Shown here: one piece after another, positions 25,201-35,050 of the stretch
Position numbering within the stretch: the first letter of the stretch is position 1
Layout: every line of letters begins with the position of its first letter
NCBI GenBank assembly: GCA_020137815.1
Contig: CM035353.1
Location: 2,294,001-2,358,000 of the forward strand
DNA: 64,000 bases
From: Hormiphora californensis
Taxonomy: Eukaryota; Animalia; Ctenophora
Direction: 5' to 3'
Position numbers and translations under genes: made by a program
Notes under the pieces: generated by a model
What the model was told of the DNA's origin: nothing
The model's input: the letters and a program-made list of their open reading frames with translations, nothing else
Database searches by the model: none

Positions 25201-28200
25201 TTATTTATTAAGGGGAGATGGCCATGGGAGGTTGCCCGAGCATCCCGGTAAATCGGGGTTCGACTGAAGTATAGCAAACTATTGTAATGTGTGTACCAGC
25301 CTGGTACTATCAGGTACACCAGGGTTAGAACATAACAAGTACCGCACATGTATAGCAACGAATTGTAATGTGTGTACCAGCCTGGTACACTATCAGGTAC
25401 ACCAGGGTTAGAACATAACAAGTACCGCACATGTACCTGGGTAACAGATGTGAGGCCAAGGAGTTCCTGTTTCAGTGGTGGTCCGAGTTGGGTGGTGCCG
25501 GGTATACAACATGCTATTCCATGTCCCCCAAAGAAGTACTCGTTACCATACACGACCACCGCTGTATGCCAAATACCCTCTATCCGTCTGTGTGGATTAG
25601 AGATTAGACACACTTTAGAGAGAGAAACACCCTCGATCCGTCTGTGTGGATTAGAGATTGAGATTAGAATTTAGAAAGAAACACCCTCGATCCGTCTGTG
25701 TGGATTAGAGATCGAGATTAGACTTTAGAAAGAAACACCCTCGATCCGTCTGTGTGGATTAGAGATTGAGATTAGACACACTTTAGAGAGAAACACCCTC
25801 GATCCGTCTGTGTGGATTAGAGATTGAGATTAGAATTTAGAGAGAAACACCCTCGATCCGTCTGTGTGGATTAGAGATTGAGATAATAGACACACTTTAG
25901 AGAGAAACACCCTCGATCCGTCTGTGTGGATTAGAGATCGAGATATTAGACACACTTTAGAGAGAAACACCCTCGATCCGTCTGTGTGGATTAGAGATTG
26001 AGATAATAGACACACTTTAGAGAGAAACACCCTCGATCCGTCTGTGTGGATTAGAGATTGAGATTAGACACACTTTAGAGAGACACACCCTCGATCCGTC
26101 TGTGTGGATTAGAGATTGAGATATTAGACACACTTTAGAGAGAAACACCCTCGATCCGTCTGTGTGGATTAGAGATTGAGATTAGACACACTTTAGAGAG
26201 AAACACCCTCGATCCGTCTGTGTGGATTATAGATTTAGATTAGACACACTTTAGAGAGACACACCCTCGATCCGTCTGTGTGGATTAGAGATTGAGAGAT
26301 TAGACACACTTTAGAGAGAAACACCCTCGATCCGTCTGTGTGGATTAGAGATTGAGATAATAGACACACTTTAGAGAGAAACACCCTCGATCCGTCTGTG
26401 TGGATTAGAGATTGAGATTAGACACACTTTAGAGAGAAACACCCTCGATCCGTCTGTGTGGATTAGAGATCGAGATTAGACACACTTTAGAGAGAAACAC
26501 CCTCGATCCGTCTGTGTGGATTAGATATTGAGATTAGACACACTTTAGAGAGAGACACACCCTCGATCCGTCTGTGTGGATTAGAGATTTAGATTAGACT
26601 TTAGAGAGAAACACCCTCGATCCGTCTGTGTGGATTAGAGATCGAGATTAGACACACTTTAGAGAGAAACACCCTCGATCCGTCTGTGTGGATTAGAGAT
26701 TGAGATTAGACACACTTTAGAGAGAAACACCCTCGATCCGTCTGTTTGGATTAGAGATTGAGATTAGACACACTTTAGAGAGACACACCCTCGATCCGTC
26801 TGTGTGGATTAGAGATTGAGATTAGACACACTTTAGAGAGAAACACCCTCTATCCGTCTGTGTGGATTAGAGATTGAGATTAGACACACTTTAGAGAGAC
26901 ACACCCTCGATCCGTCTGTGTGGATTAGAGATTGAGATTAGACACACTTTAGAGAGAAACACCCTCGATCCGTCTGTGTGGATTAGAGATTGAGATTAGA
27001 CACACTTTAGAGAGAAACACCCTCTATCCGTCTGTGTGGATTAGAGATTGAGATTAGACACACTTTAGAGAGAAACACCCTCGATCCGTCTGTGTGGATT
27101 AGAGATTTAGATAATAGACACACTTTAGAGAGAAACACCCTCTATCCGTCTGTGTGGATTAGAGATTGAGAATAGACACACTTTAGAGAGAAACACCCTC
27201 GATCCGTCTGTGTGGATTAGAGATTTAGATTAGACACACTTTAGAGAGAAACACCCTCGATCCGTCTGTGTGGATTAGAGATTGAGATTAGACACACTTT
27301 AGAGAGAAACACCCTCGATCCGTCTGTGTGGATTAGAGATTGAGATTAGACACACTTTAGAGAGAAACACCCTCGATCCGTCTGTGTGGATTAGAGATTT
27401 AGATTAGACACACTTTAGAGAGAAACACCCTCGATCCGTCTGTGTGGATTAGAGATTGAGATTAGACACACTTTAGAGAGAAACACCCTCGATCCGTCTG
27501 TGTGGATCACAGTGGGTAACGACCCTACAAAGTGGGAAAAAAGTTGTCTTTAAATTTGCTGAAATTTGGATATCGATTGTAAAAATAATCAAGGTTTCAC
27601 GTAAAACAAACCGCATCGAAAAATATTGAGATTTACAGATTTTATGTTAGTTTGAAGTTGAGGGAAATTGTGGGGTTTCATTTTGGCTGTGAAATTCGCT
27701 TAGATCCATGTGCACACTACTGCAATACCTTTCATTCTTTTTCTTTCATTTCTTTTGTATCGTGATGGTTGTTTTGTGTTCTTTTCAGTGACTAGGGTTC
27801 AATATGTCTTACTCTAACTGTTTTTTCTCAGTCGCGTGTGTCAAATTTAGGCTATTTTTAGGGTATGAATGACCAAAAAAAGTTACTTCGCCACTCGACG
27901 CCAAGATTTTCATTGTGATATTCTGACTCTCTGGACAATTTGGAACATTGTGGTGTCGCGGGAATTCCCCACTTTTCCCCCGTTTGAATTTTATAGCCAT
28001 TTAAAGTGCGAAATTTAAGCGATTTTTCGCTTTTTCGGCTTTTATGTGTAAAATGCCTGATCTAAAATGGCATATAACTCAAAAACGGTTTGATTTAGGC
28101 CATATGTTGCTTCATAAGTCCTATATAAACATGCACATTCCGGACAATTTGCATCAAAAATTGGATCTCTAAGTGGTTCCTGAGCCAAGTTACGTTTTTA

Positions 28201-28979
28201 CTTAATCAAGTTATTAATTAGCTAATTAATTTTCTTCAAATATCTCAAAAAGGTGGCATCTAAGCACTCTGAAAAGTGTCTAAATCGCTTTCTAGGCACG
28301 GTTTTAGTCTAGGAGAGGTCACTTTGGCCCAAAAATATGATTTCTACGGCATATATTTCATTTTGTAGGGTCACACAGGAAAATTACCCACTGTGTGGAT
28401 TAGAGATTTAGACACAGTTTAGAGAGAAACACCCTCGATCCGTCTGTGTGGATTAGAGATTGAGATTAGACACACTTTAGAGAGAAACACCCTCGATCCG
28501 TCTGTGTGGATTAGAGATTTAGATAATAGACACACTTTAGAGAGAAACACCCTCTATCCGTCTGTGTGGATTAGAGATTGAGATTAGACACACTTTAGAG
28601 AGAAACACCCTCGATCCGTCTGTGTGGATTAGAGATCGAGATTAGACACACTTTAGAGAGAAACACCCTCGATCCGTCTGTGTGGATTAGAGATTGAGAT
28701 AATAGACACACTTTAGAGAGAAACACCCTCGATCCGTCTGTGTGGATTAGAGATTGGGATTAGACACACTTTAGAGAGAAACATCCTCGATCCGTCTGTG
28801 TGGATTAGAGATCGAGATTAGACTTTAGAGAGAGATATTTTAGAAGAAAACACATAGACACAGTGATCTGCTAACATGTATTTTCACTGCACGATTTACC
28901 TGCCAAGGATGAACGGAGAGATATTCTTGGCCATCCCATTACTCAAGTCATACACGTAAAGGGTAACTGGTGTCGTCAT
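22239..28979 (-). CDS. DeSI1-like PPPDE isopeptidase with C-terminal extension; exons 28979-28900, 25587-25437, 25034-24943, 24577-24479, 24321-24072, 22371-22239
   Basis: VTLYVYDLSNGMA..LGRRIEGIWHTAVVVYGNEYFFGG..YNLLENNCNNFSDEVAKFLVG..LPQRVLSSPMG. Catalytic His and Cys present; phases consistent. Confidence 0.88.
22719..23827 (+). CDS. Mucin-like, probably GPI-anchored glycoprotein; exons 22719-23540, 23759-23827
   Basis: Signal peptide, 17 x EASNTTVAAT, tail DSGCSRMFGGTITILLVAVYLA*. Confidence 0.8.
25575..28835. repeat. ~58-bp satellite (~40 units) filling DeSI intron 1, split by a transposon
   Basis: Unit ACACCCTCGATCCGTCTGTGTGGATTAGAGATTGAGATTAGACACACTTTAGAGAGAA. Confidence 0.95.
27508..28395. 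mobile_element. Non-autonomous Transib/RAG-like element, 888 bp
   Basis: Termini CACAGTGGGTAA / TTACCCACTGTG; 5-bp TSD TGGAT (27503-27507, 28396-28400); bipartite TIR. Confidence 0.85.
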
Positions 28980-29199
28980 AGCAGCGGGTATAAGTGAAGC
29001 GTTCACTCCGCAACTAAGCCATGTAAATTTTAAACATGAAGCTAGAATGTACGGTGTTTTAGCGTGTACAGTGTAGTGTGTCTATCAATTCTATGTGTGT
29101 GTGTTGTAGTGTAAGCAAAGCAAACCCTTGCCAGTAGAAGAACAATATGGCAGATATCTTGACCCAAGTGTACCCATTGTTCGACAAATAAAAGGAGAG

Positions 29200-29400
29200 T
29201 TGAGCTCCGGCTTATTAAGCCAGAGCGAAGATATTATCTATCTTGTTCCAATCTTTGACTAGATACGGATAGTTTTCTGGGAGGGTAATGTGTTCCATAG
29301 CCGAGTCGCTCTACAGATGAACGAGTTGTGGTACTTCGTCGCGACTGACTTAAGTGTGATTGTGGGATAGATTGGTCCAGTTGGGGCAGATTCAGAACAC
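29200..29400 (-). mobile_element. Decayed CR1/L2-like LINE 3' fragment
   Basis: SVATKYHNSFICRATRLWNTLP, similar to 30180-30260. Confidence 0.6.
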
Positions 29401-30023
29401 CGCTCATCATCACCACAAAATACTTATTATTCTACTTTGTTGTGCTGGCTTGCACAAAGGTGACCCCCCCCCCCCCCCCCAAACCGTACATGCCATAATT
29501 TTCAGGAAAAACTACATGAGATACACTCGTTTGTTTCATTCGAAAGCGGAAAGATAATCATTCGGATTGTGTTATTGGATGGTTTTTATGTTCTAGGTCC
29601 TAGCAGAGCGCCTTAAAAACTGTCAATTTACACCCTGAAGACGGCTTCTGATTGAAAAAATGGAGACCACACTAACGAAAGATAATTGACTAAACTATCA
29701 GAAACATTATGGCGATTTTTTTGGAGGTTTGTTCGGGCAAAGTAACCCTGTATCAAAATTACTCTATCCACCAAAGTCTAAACCAATCAACCGTTTAATT
29801 ATTAAATCTGTTTACAATAATCTGACATTGTCAATATTGCCCTCCTATTTGCAAGGGTGGCTAGTTTAAAGTTTATCAGTCTTTTAAGGGGAGAGCGCTG
29901 AGCACTTCCGTAACTGAAAATCTTGATGCTCAGAACAAAACGGGGACCAGGGGCCGCCCCTGAGGGGTGGAGCTTGTAGTCTTGTAGTCCTCTTTGTGCA
30001 GATACTGCACAGGTGTCAGCTCC

Positions 30024-30630
30024 TCATAGAGCCTCCCCCTCCCTGGAAGCTATTCGTGCCCAGTCAAGAATTGAGTTATTATTCTGTCGAGAATATCCAG
30101 TCACCGGGGGACGGTCAGGGAATCTCTTCAGCCATTTACCAAGGAGAACTTTGAATGAGGCTAGGTCTTCTGCCGTATTCACGTTGCTTGGTAGAGTATT
30201 CCAAAGTCGAGCCGCTCTGCAGGCAAAGGAGTTATGGTACTTCGTAGCGACAGACACTTGTGTGGTGGTGGGGGATGTTGGAACCTCAGCTTTTCTTCCA
30301 AGTCTTGTATTATTGTGGAATGTCAGCCCAATGTTGTTAGGGGCACTTCCGTTCGCCATCTTCCACACCATGATGATAGAGTAACGTTCCCGACGTCGCT
30401 GCATGGAATGTAAGTTCAGTTTTTTTCAAGCGATCCCAGTAGCTCAGGTCGCTCATTCCAAGAATGCGTTTGGTGAACTTTCTCTGTACTGCTTCAACAC
30501 TATAATGTTAGAGATTTTGGGCGAGTCCCAGAGTGGGCAGCAATATTCCAGCTTGCTTCTGACAAGACTTCTGTAGATGATGAGCATTGTCTTGGGCTGT
30601 CTTGTTTTGAAAGCACGTAGAACCCATCCG
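30024..30630 (-). mobile_element. CR1/L2-like LINE ORF2 C-terminal fragment (frameshifted)
   Basis: GWVLRAFKTR..YRSLVRSKLEYCCPLW..QRRRERYSII..RLWNTLP..LKRFPDRP. Confidence 0.85.
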
Positions 30631-30765
30631 CCAGCAGGTCGCAGGAGTCAAGGGGCTACAATTTTCAGCTGAAATTGACATTTTTTACACAATCTGAGCG
30701 CGTTCCAGGCACTCGAGGAATGGCCTCATGTCTTCTAGGAAACAGCAATCCGACACCGTGGCTTC

Positions 30766-31161
30766 ATAAGGAACCATAATAAAGTTCAAGAGCCTCCAAG
30801 AGCGCACCACAATCAAGAGAGACCAAAATCAAGAGCACACCACAATCAAGAGAGACCAAAATCAAGAGCACACCACAATCAAGAGAGACCAAATCAAGAG
30901 CGCACCACAATCAAGAGAGACCAAATTCAAGAGCGCACCACATCTGGTATCTTCTGGATAGGGAGCTCTCTTGGATGAGGTGCGCTCTTGATTTGGTCTC
31001 TCTTGATTGTGGTGCGCTCTTGATTTGGTCTCTCTTGATTGTGGTGCGCTCTTGATTTTGGTCTCTCTTGATTGTGGTGCGCTCTTGATTTTGGTCTCTC
31101 TTGGATGGGGTGCGCTCTTGGGCGCTCTTGGAGGCTCTTGAACTTTATTATGGTTCCTTAT
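30766..31161. mobile_element. Palindromic MITE with ~31-bp internal tandem repeats
   Basis: ATAAGGAACCATAATAAAGTTCAAGAG and its reverse complement form the ends. Confidence 0.75.
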
Positions 31162-32425
31162 TTGGCAAACACAGCTGACAAGGCAGGGCTTTTCAAGGGT
31201 TTTATTTGGAATGCGCTGCAGCCCCCTCATGCGTGCACCCCCGCAACGAGGGGACTGGAGGGAATGCCGCGCGCGCGTTTGGCCTGAGCCCGGCTGGGTC
31301 GAAAATAACTTTGCGGTCGAAAAAACGGCGGTGCTTATAACTTTGGCCCCTGAAGTCCGTTTTGCTTGATTCTTTCACTAAAGTACTCCCCAAACTACTA
31401 TGTCCCTCACTCGGGTTTTGTGAAATTTCCCACGGTCATAATTCCACTCCCTGATGAGATAAAGACTTGAAATTTGTTTTGTGGGAAGAACTCGACATGA
31501 TCTCCTCACAAAACAAATTTCAAGTCTCTATCTTATCAGGGGGTGGAGCTATGGCTGTCTAAAATCCGGTCGCGCGCAGCAAGGGACATAATAGTTTGGG
31601 AGGACCTTTAGCTGTTAGATCTGACAATTATCTACCTTGCTGTTTTTGAGAGAAGTTAATTGGACTTGAGGAGGCTGAGCAATAGCCGTTCAAAGATTGG
31701 TTGTTTTCAAAAAGTGACGTCACAGGTCCCTGCAGGGACACTTTGTTTCAAATTTGAATTGAAATCTCGAATTTTTTTATTTTACCGCACTCGATTTTGC
31801 GGAGTTTGGTTCATATCTCCTGTTCCTGATAAGATAGAGACCTGAAACCGGTTGCATTTGAAAGCTTTTATCTTCCTCTTTCCAACGCTACCAAAACGAT
31901 TTCTGTACCTTATCTGGAACCGGAGATATGATTGATTATGTATTCCCCCTAGCGCGGTATTCCCTCCAGGCCCCTTATATTATATTATAAGGGGCCTGCA
32001 ACGTATGCCAAGGGTTTTATCGATTTAACAAAATTTTAAAATTTTCAAAAAGCCCGAGCGAGATTCTTTAAAGTCCGTTTCAAGCGACTTGACCCGTAAT
32101 TCTTGGAATTTGGCGCATTGCGCGTGTATTTACAAAGGGGAAATCCTGAATTTCCAGGAATCTCAGGTCAAGTCGTTTGAAACGCACTTTAAAAATTCTG
32201 AACTTTTTCCAATTGGAATTCACTAACCCCAACACCGATTGGCATCACTTTCCAACAGCCGAAGAGAAGCTGCCGAAGAGAGAAAGGGGGTAACCGTATG
32301 AAGAGTTAATCGCGATGAGTCTCATTCACATTGGGTTCGATCATTTGCCCCCGGTGTTGGGGTTAGTAATAAATAAATCTTAAAATCACTCACTCAAATA
32401 AACAATAAATGTTATAAATAAAAAG

Positions 32426-32725
32426 TCAGTCAGTAAAATCACACATTGCAATGGGTGGTGGAGTCGTGAACTTTTTCCTCGTGCCCCTGAGTGAGACCAG
32501 AGTACTTCTGAGGAGACAGAATCGTATCCGCGTTCTCAGGAAATTAATCACTTCAGCATATTTATCCTTGTGTTTGGTAGAGATGCGTGAAGCGAGCTTT
32601 TTGATTAGTCGTTCTGCCTCTAGTCCGGAACCTCCGGAAGTAGCCATAACAAACGGGGTGAAAGCCCCTCTCTCCGATTCTCTGATTCTTTGTTGGTAAT
32701 CACGTTTCTTCCGACTTTCATTCAT
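32426..32725 (-). mobile_element. 3' fragment of a CRE-like (RLE-type) non-LTR retrotransposon
   Basis: KKRDYQQRI..GAFTPFVMATSGG..LASRIS..RTRIRFCLLRS..LRGTR, typical of an RLE C-terminus. Confidence 0.7.
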
Positions 32726-32849
32726 TCATTCATTTTTCCAATCAGCGCGCGTACATCTTTCTCCGCTGCAAAAAAATGCGCGCGCCAAAAACTTCATTTT
32801 CGGCATTTTACATTGTAAAAAAAATTAAAAAAATTAAAAGAGAAAATTG

Positions 32850-33620
32850 GGGCGCCGTTTTACGATCTGGGTTTTTGGAGGCCTGTTTACAGGTGCGCGC
32901 TGCCAAAAAAGTTGATTCACTAAAATGGCTCTAACCGCCAAACCACTCAACCGTTTTGGCTGATTCAAAGTTTATCTGGTAGGGAATGTCAAGGCCTAAC
33001 CCCAACCCTAACCCTAACCCTACTTTAGCCCTAACCCTAAAAAACCGTTTGTCAGCACTCCCAAAACACCCAGATTTTAACGCTGGCCAGAAAATTGCCA
33101 CTTACACTTTTTAATTTTTTTTGAAGAAACAGCACCTTTTAACAAGTTTTTCCATGTAATGTCGCCTTGAGACTAGACCTATCGAGGGCCAGCAGCGTTT
33201 GCCAACATGGCGCCCAGCGTTAAAATCTGGGCGTTTGGAGGGCCAGCGTTAAAATCTGGGTGTTACGTGAGTGCTGACAAACAGTTTTTTAGGGTTGGGG
33301 TTTGGGTTTGGGTTGGGGTTAGGCCTTGACATTTCATACCAGATAAACTTTGAATTAGCCAAAACGGTTGAGTGGTTTAGCGGTTAGAGCCGTTTTAGTG
33401 AATCAACTTTTTTGGTAGCGTGCACCTGTAAACAGGCCACCAAACACCCAGATCGTAACGGCGCCCTGTTTGGAGTGTCAGAAGTTCTGACTCAAAACTC
33501 ACGGTTTTTTTAGGGTTAGGGCTAAAGTTTGGGTTTGGGTTTAGGTTAGGCATTGACATTTCCTACCAGATAAACTTTGAATTAACCAAAACTGTTGTGT
33601 GGTTTGGCGGTTACAGAGCC
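32850..33620. mobile_element. Foldback element with CCCTAA-like tracts plus a partial second arm
   Basis: GGCGCCGTT..ACGATCTGGG inverted at ~33447-33466. The same end recurs at ~39497-39535. Confidence 0.65.
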
Positions 33621-33683
33621 TACTTGAATCAGTGGTTAAAACGTTCATCCAACAAGTTGAGACAATCCAAAGTTGAGACAATC

Positions 33684-33721
33684 CAAACTTTTCAACACTA
33701 CTTTAAACAAATTAATTTGAG
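33684..33721 (+). other. Spliced-leader exon copy fused to the LINE 5' end
   Basis: CAAACTTTTCAACACTACTTTAAACAAATTAATTTGAG matches the ctenophore SL as recalled. It is not followed by a GT donor. Confidence 0.75.
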
Positions 33722-33757
33722 GCGGCACCCCCCCCCCCCCTCAAATCATTTGCAGCT

Positions 33758-35050
33758 ATGTCCGATGATGCAGGAATAGTGGAGACAGTGTTGGCGAACT
33801 TGAGGACAGCGGCTGGTGCCAAGGGTGCGAAAGCTGTCGAAGTTTACGAGTTTGAGGATAGCCACGAGGAAAACGTTAGCCGGATGAAAGTTAAGACTAA
33901 CGATGAACTGAAACCGGTATGTAAGGTTCTGGGAGTACCGCTGGTGGGACGGGACGGGAAATCTCGAGACAAGCGAGAGCTGGCGGACAAGATAGTTCTC
34001 CAGATAGAAACATTGTTTCCCATTGACTGTCAAGACTGCGGGGAAAAATACAGGATCGAACTTGGGAAAAAACCCATATTGAGGTGCTTTCTGTGTGGGC
34101 AAGGGGCACACGCATGTAAGTTCTCAGTAGAGGGAAGCAGACTTGGGTCTGTATGGTTATGCTTTTGCTGCTGGAAGAAAAATGAGGAAAATACCGACAG
34201 GGAGGAGCAGAACCAAGACCCGAATGAGACGGAGGATGAGAAGACAGTCGGCACCGAGAAGGATGGTGACGAGAAGGTCGACGCTGACGACAACAAGGCG
34301 GCAGAGAAAAAAGAAGATACGAGGAAGAAAGGTACAGAGGATGGGGACAAAACATTGGAAATTAACTCCGGAAATGTATGCAGTTACTTTCTGAACAAAA
34401 ATTGCAGACACGGCAGAAAAGGAGATCAGTTGGTGAACGGAAAGGCATGCCCAAAACTTCACCCGGTACTTTGCAAGAGATTCTGCAACTATGGAGGTTC
34501 CAAACGTTATGGCTGCATCAAGGGAACACAGTGCAAGTTTCATCATCCACCCCTGTGTAAGGGTTCCGATGCAAGAAGGGCGTGCTACGACAACCAGTGT
34601 AGAATGACACACCTATTGCACACTAGTAGGACGAGAGAGGAACCCCAGAACCCCTGGAAACCAGAAGGGTCAAAGCGGACAACGGCATGGAAACCCTCTG
34701 CTCAGGTAGGAGACACAGCAGACACGGCGTTTAGAGCTAAGCGGCAGAGGAAAATGCTGGAGACAGAAAAAGTGGGAGGACCAGTAACTAAGGAGTTTCT
34801 CCTGGAGACACTGGAAAAGATAAATGCCGAACCTCGTAAAGAGAAACCAGAAGTGAAGAGGGAAGAGCCCCTAACAAAGGATTTTTTACTGAAAGCACTG
34901 GAGGTCATGAAGGCAGAAATACAGCAATCGGTGGTTCTACAGTTGCTGGAGTTCAAGACTCAGGTGGTGGATCCGCTAGGGGGAGGAAATATGAAAACAA
35001 CTTGGGGAACAGCAGGAATACACCCCATACTTCAAAATTTCACCTCCTAA
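33758..35050 (+). CDS. LINE ORF1 with PHD-like finger and three CCCH fingers
   Basis: CQDC..CFLCGQGAHAC..WLCFCC; C..CRHG..CPKLH, C..C..CKFHH, C..C..CRMTH. Confidence 0.85.
   Translation: MSDDAGIVETVLANLRTAAGAKGAKAVEVYEFEDSHEENVSRMKVKTNDELKPVCKVLGVPLVGRDGKSRDKRELADKIVLQIETLFPIDCQDCGEKYRIELGKKPILRCFLCGQGAHACKFSVEGSRLGSVWLCFCCWKKNEENTDREEQNQDPNETEDEKTVGTEKDGDEKVDADDNKAAEKKEDTRKKGTEDGDKTLEINSGNVCSYFLNKNCRHGRKGDQLVNGKACPKLHPVLCKRFCNYGGSKRYGCIKGTQCKFHHPPLCKGSDARRACYDNQCRMTHLLHTSRTREEPQNPWKPEGSKRTTAWKPSAQVGDTADTAFRAKRQRKMLETEKVGGPVTKEFLLETLEKINAEPRKEKPEVKREEPLTKDFLLKALEVMKAEIQQSVVLQLLEFKTQVVDPLGGGNMKTTWGTAGIHPILQNFTS

Noticed and set aside
25575-28835. CRISPR-like regular array
   Set aside because: No unique spacers and no cas genes; it is a tandem satellite in a eukaryotic intron. 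The same applies to 55513-55930.
32995-33045. Telomere-like CCCTAA repeats
   Set aside because: Short, degenerate and mirrored inside a foldback element; not a chromosome end.
33684-33760. Functional SL RNA gene
   Set aside because: No GT donor or Sm-site-bearing intron follows the leader.
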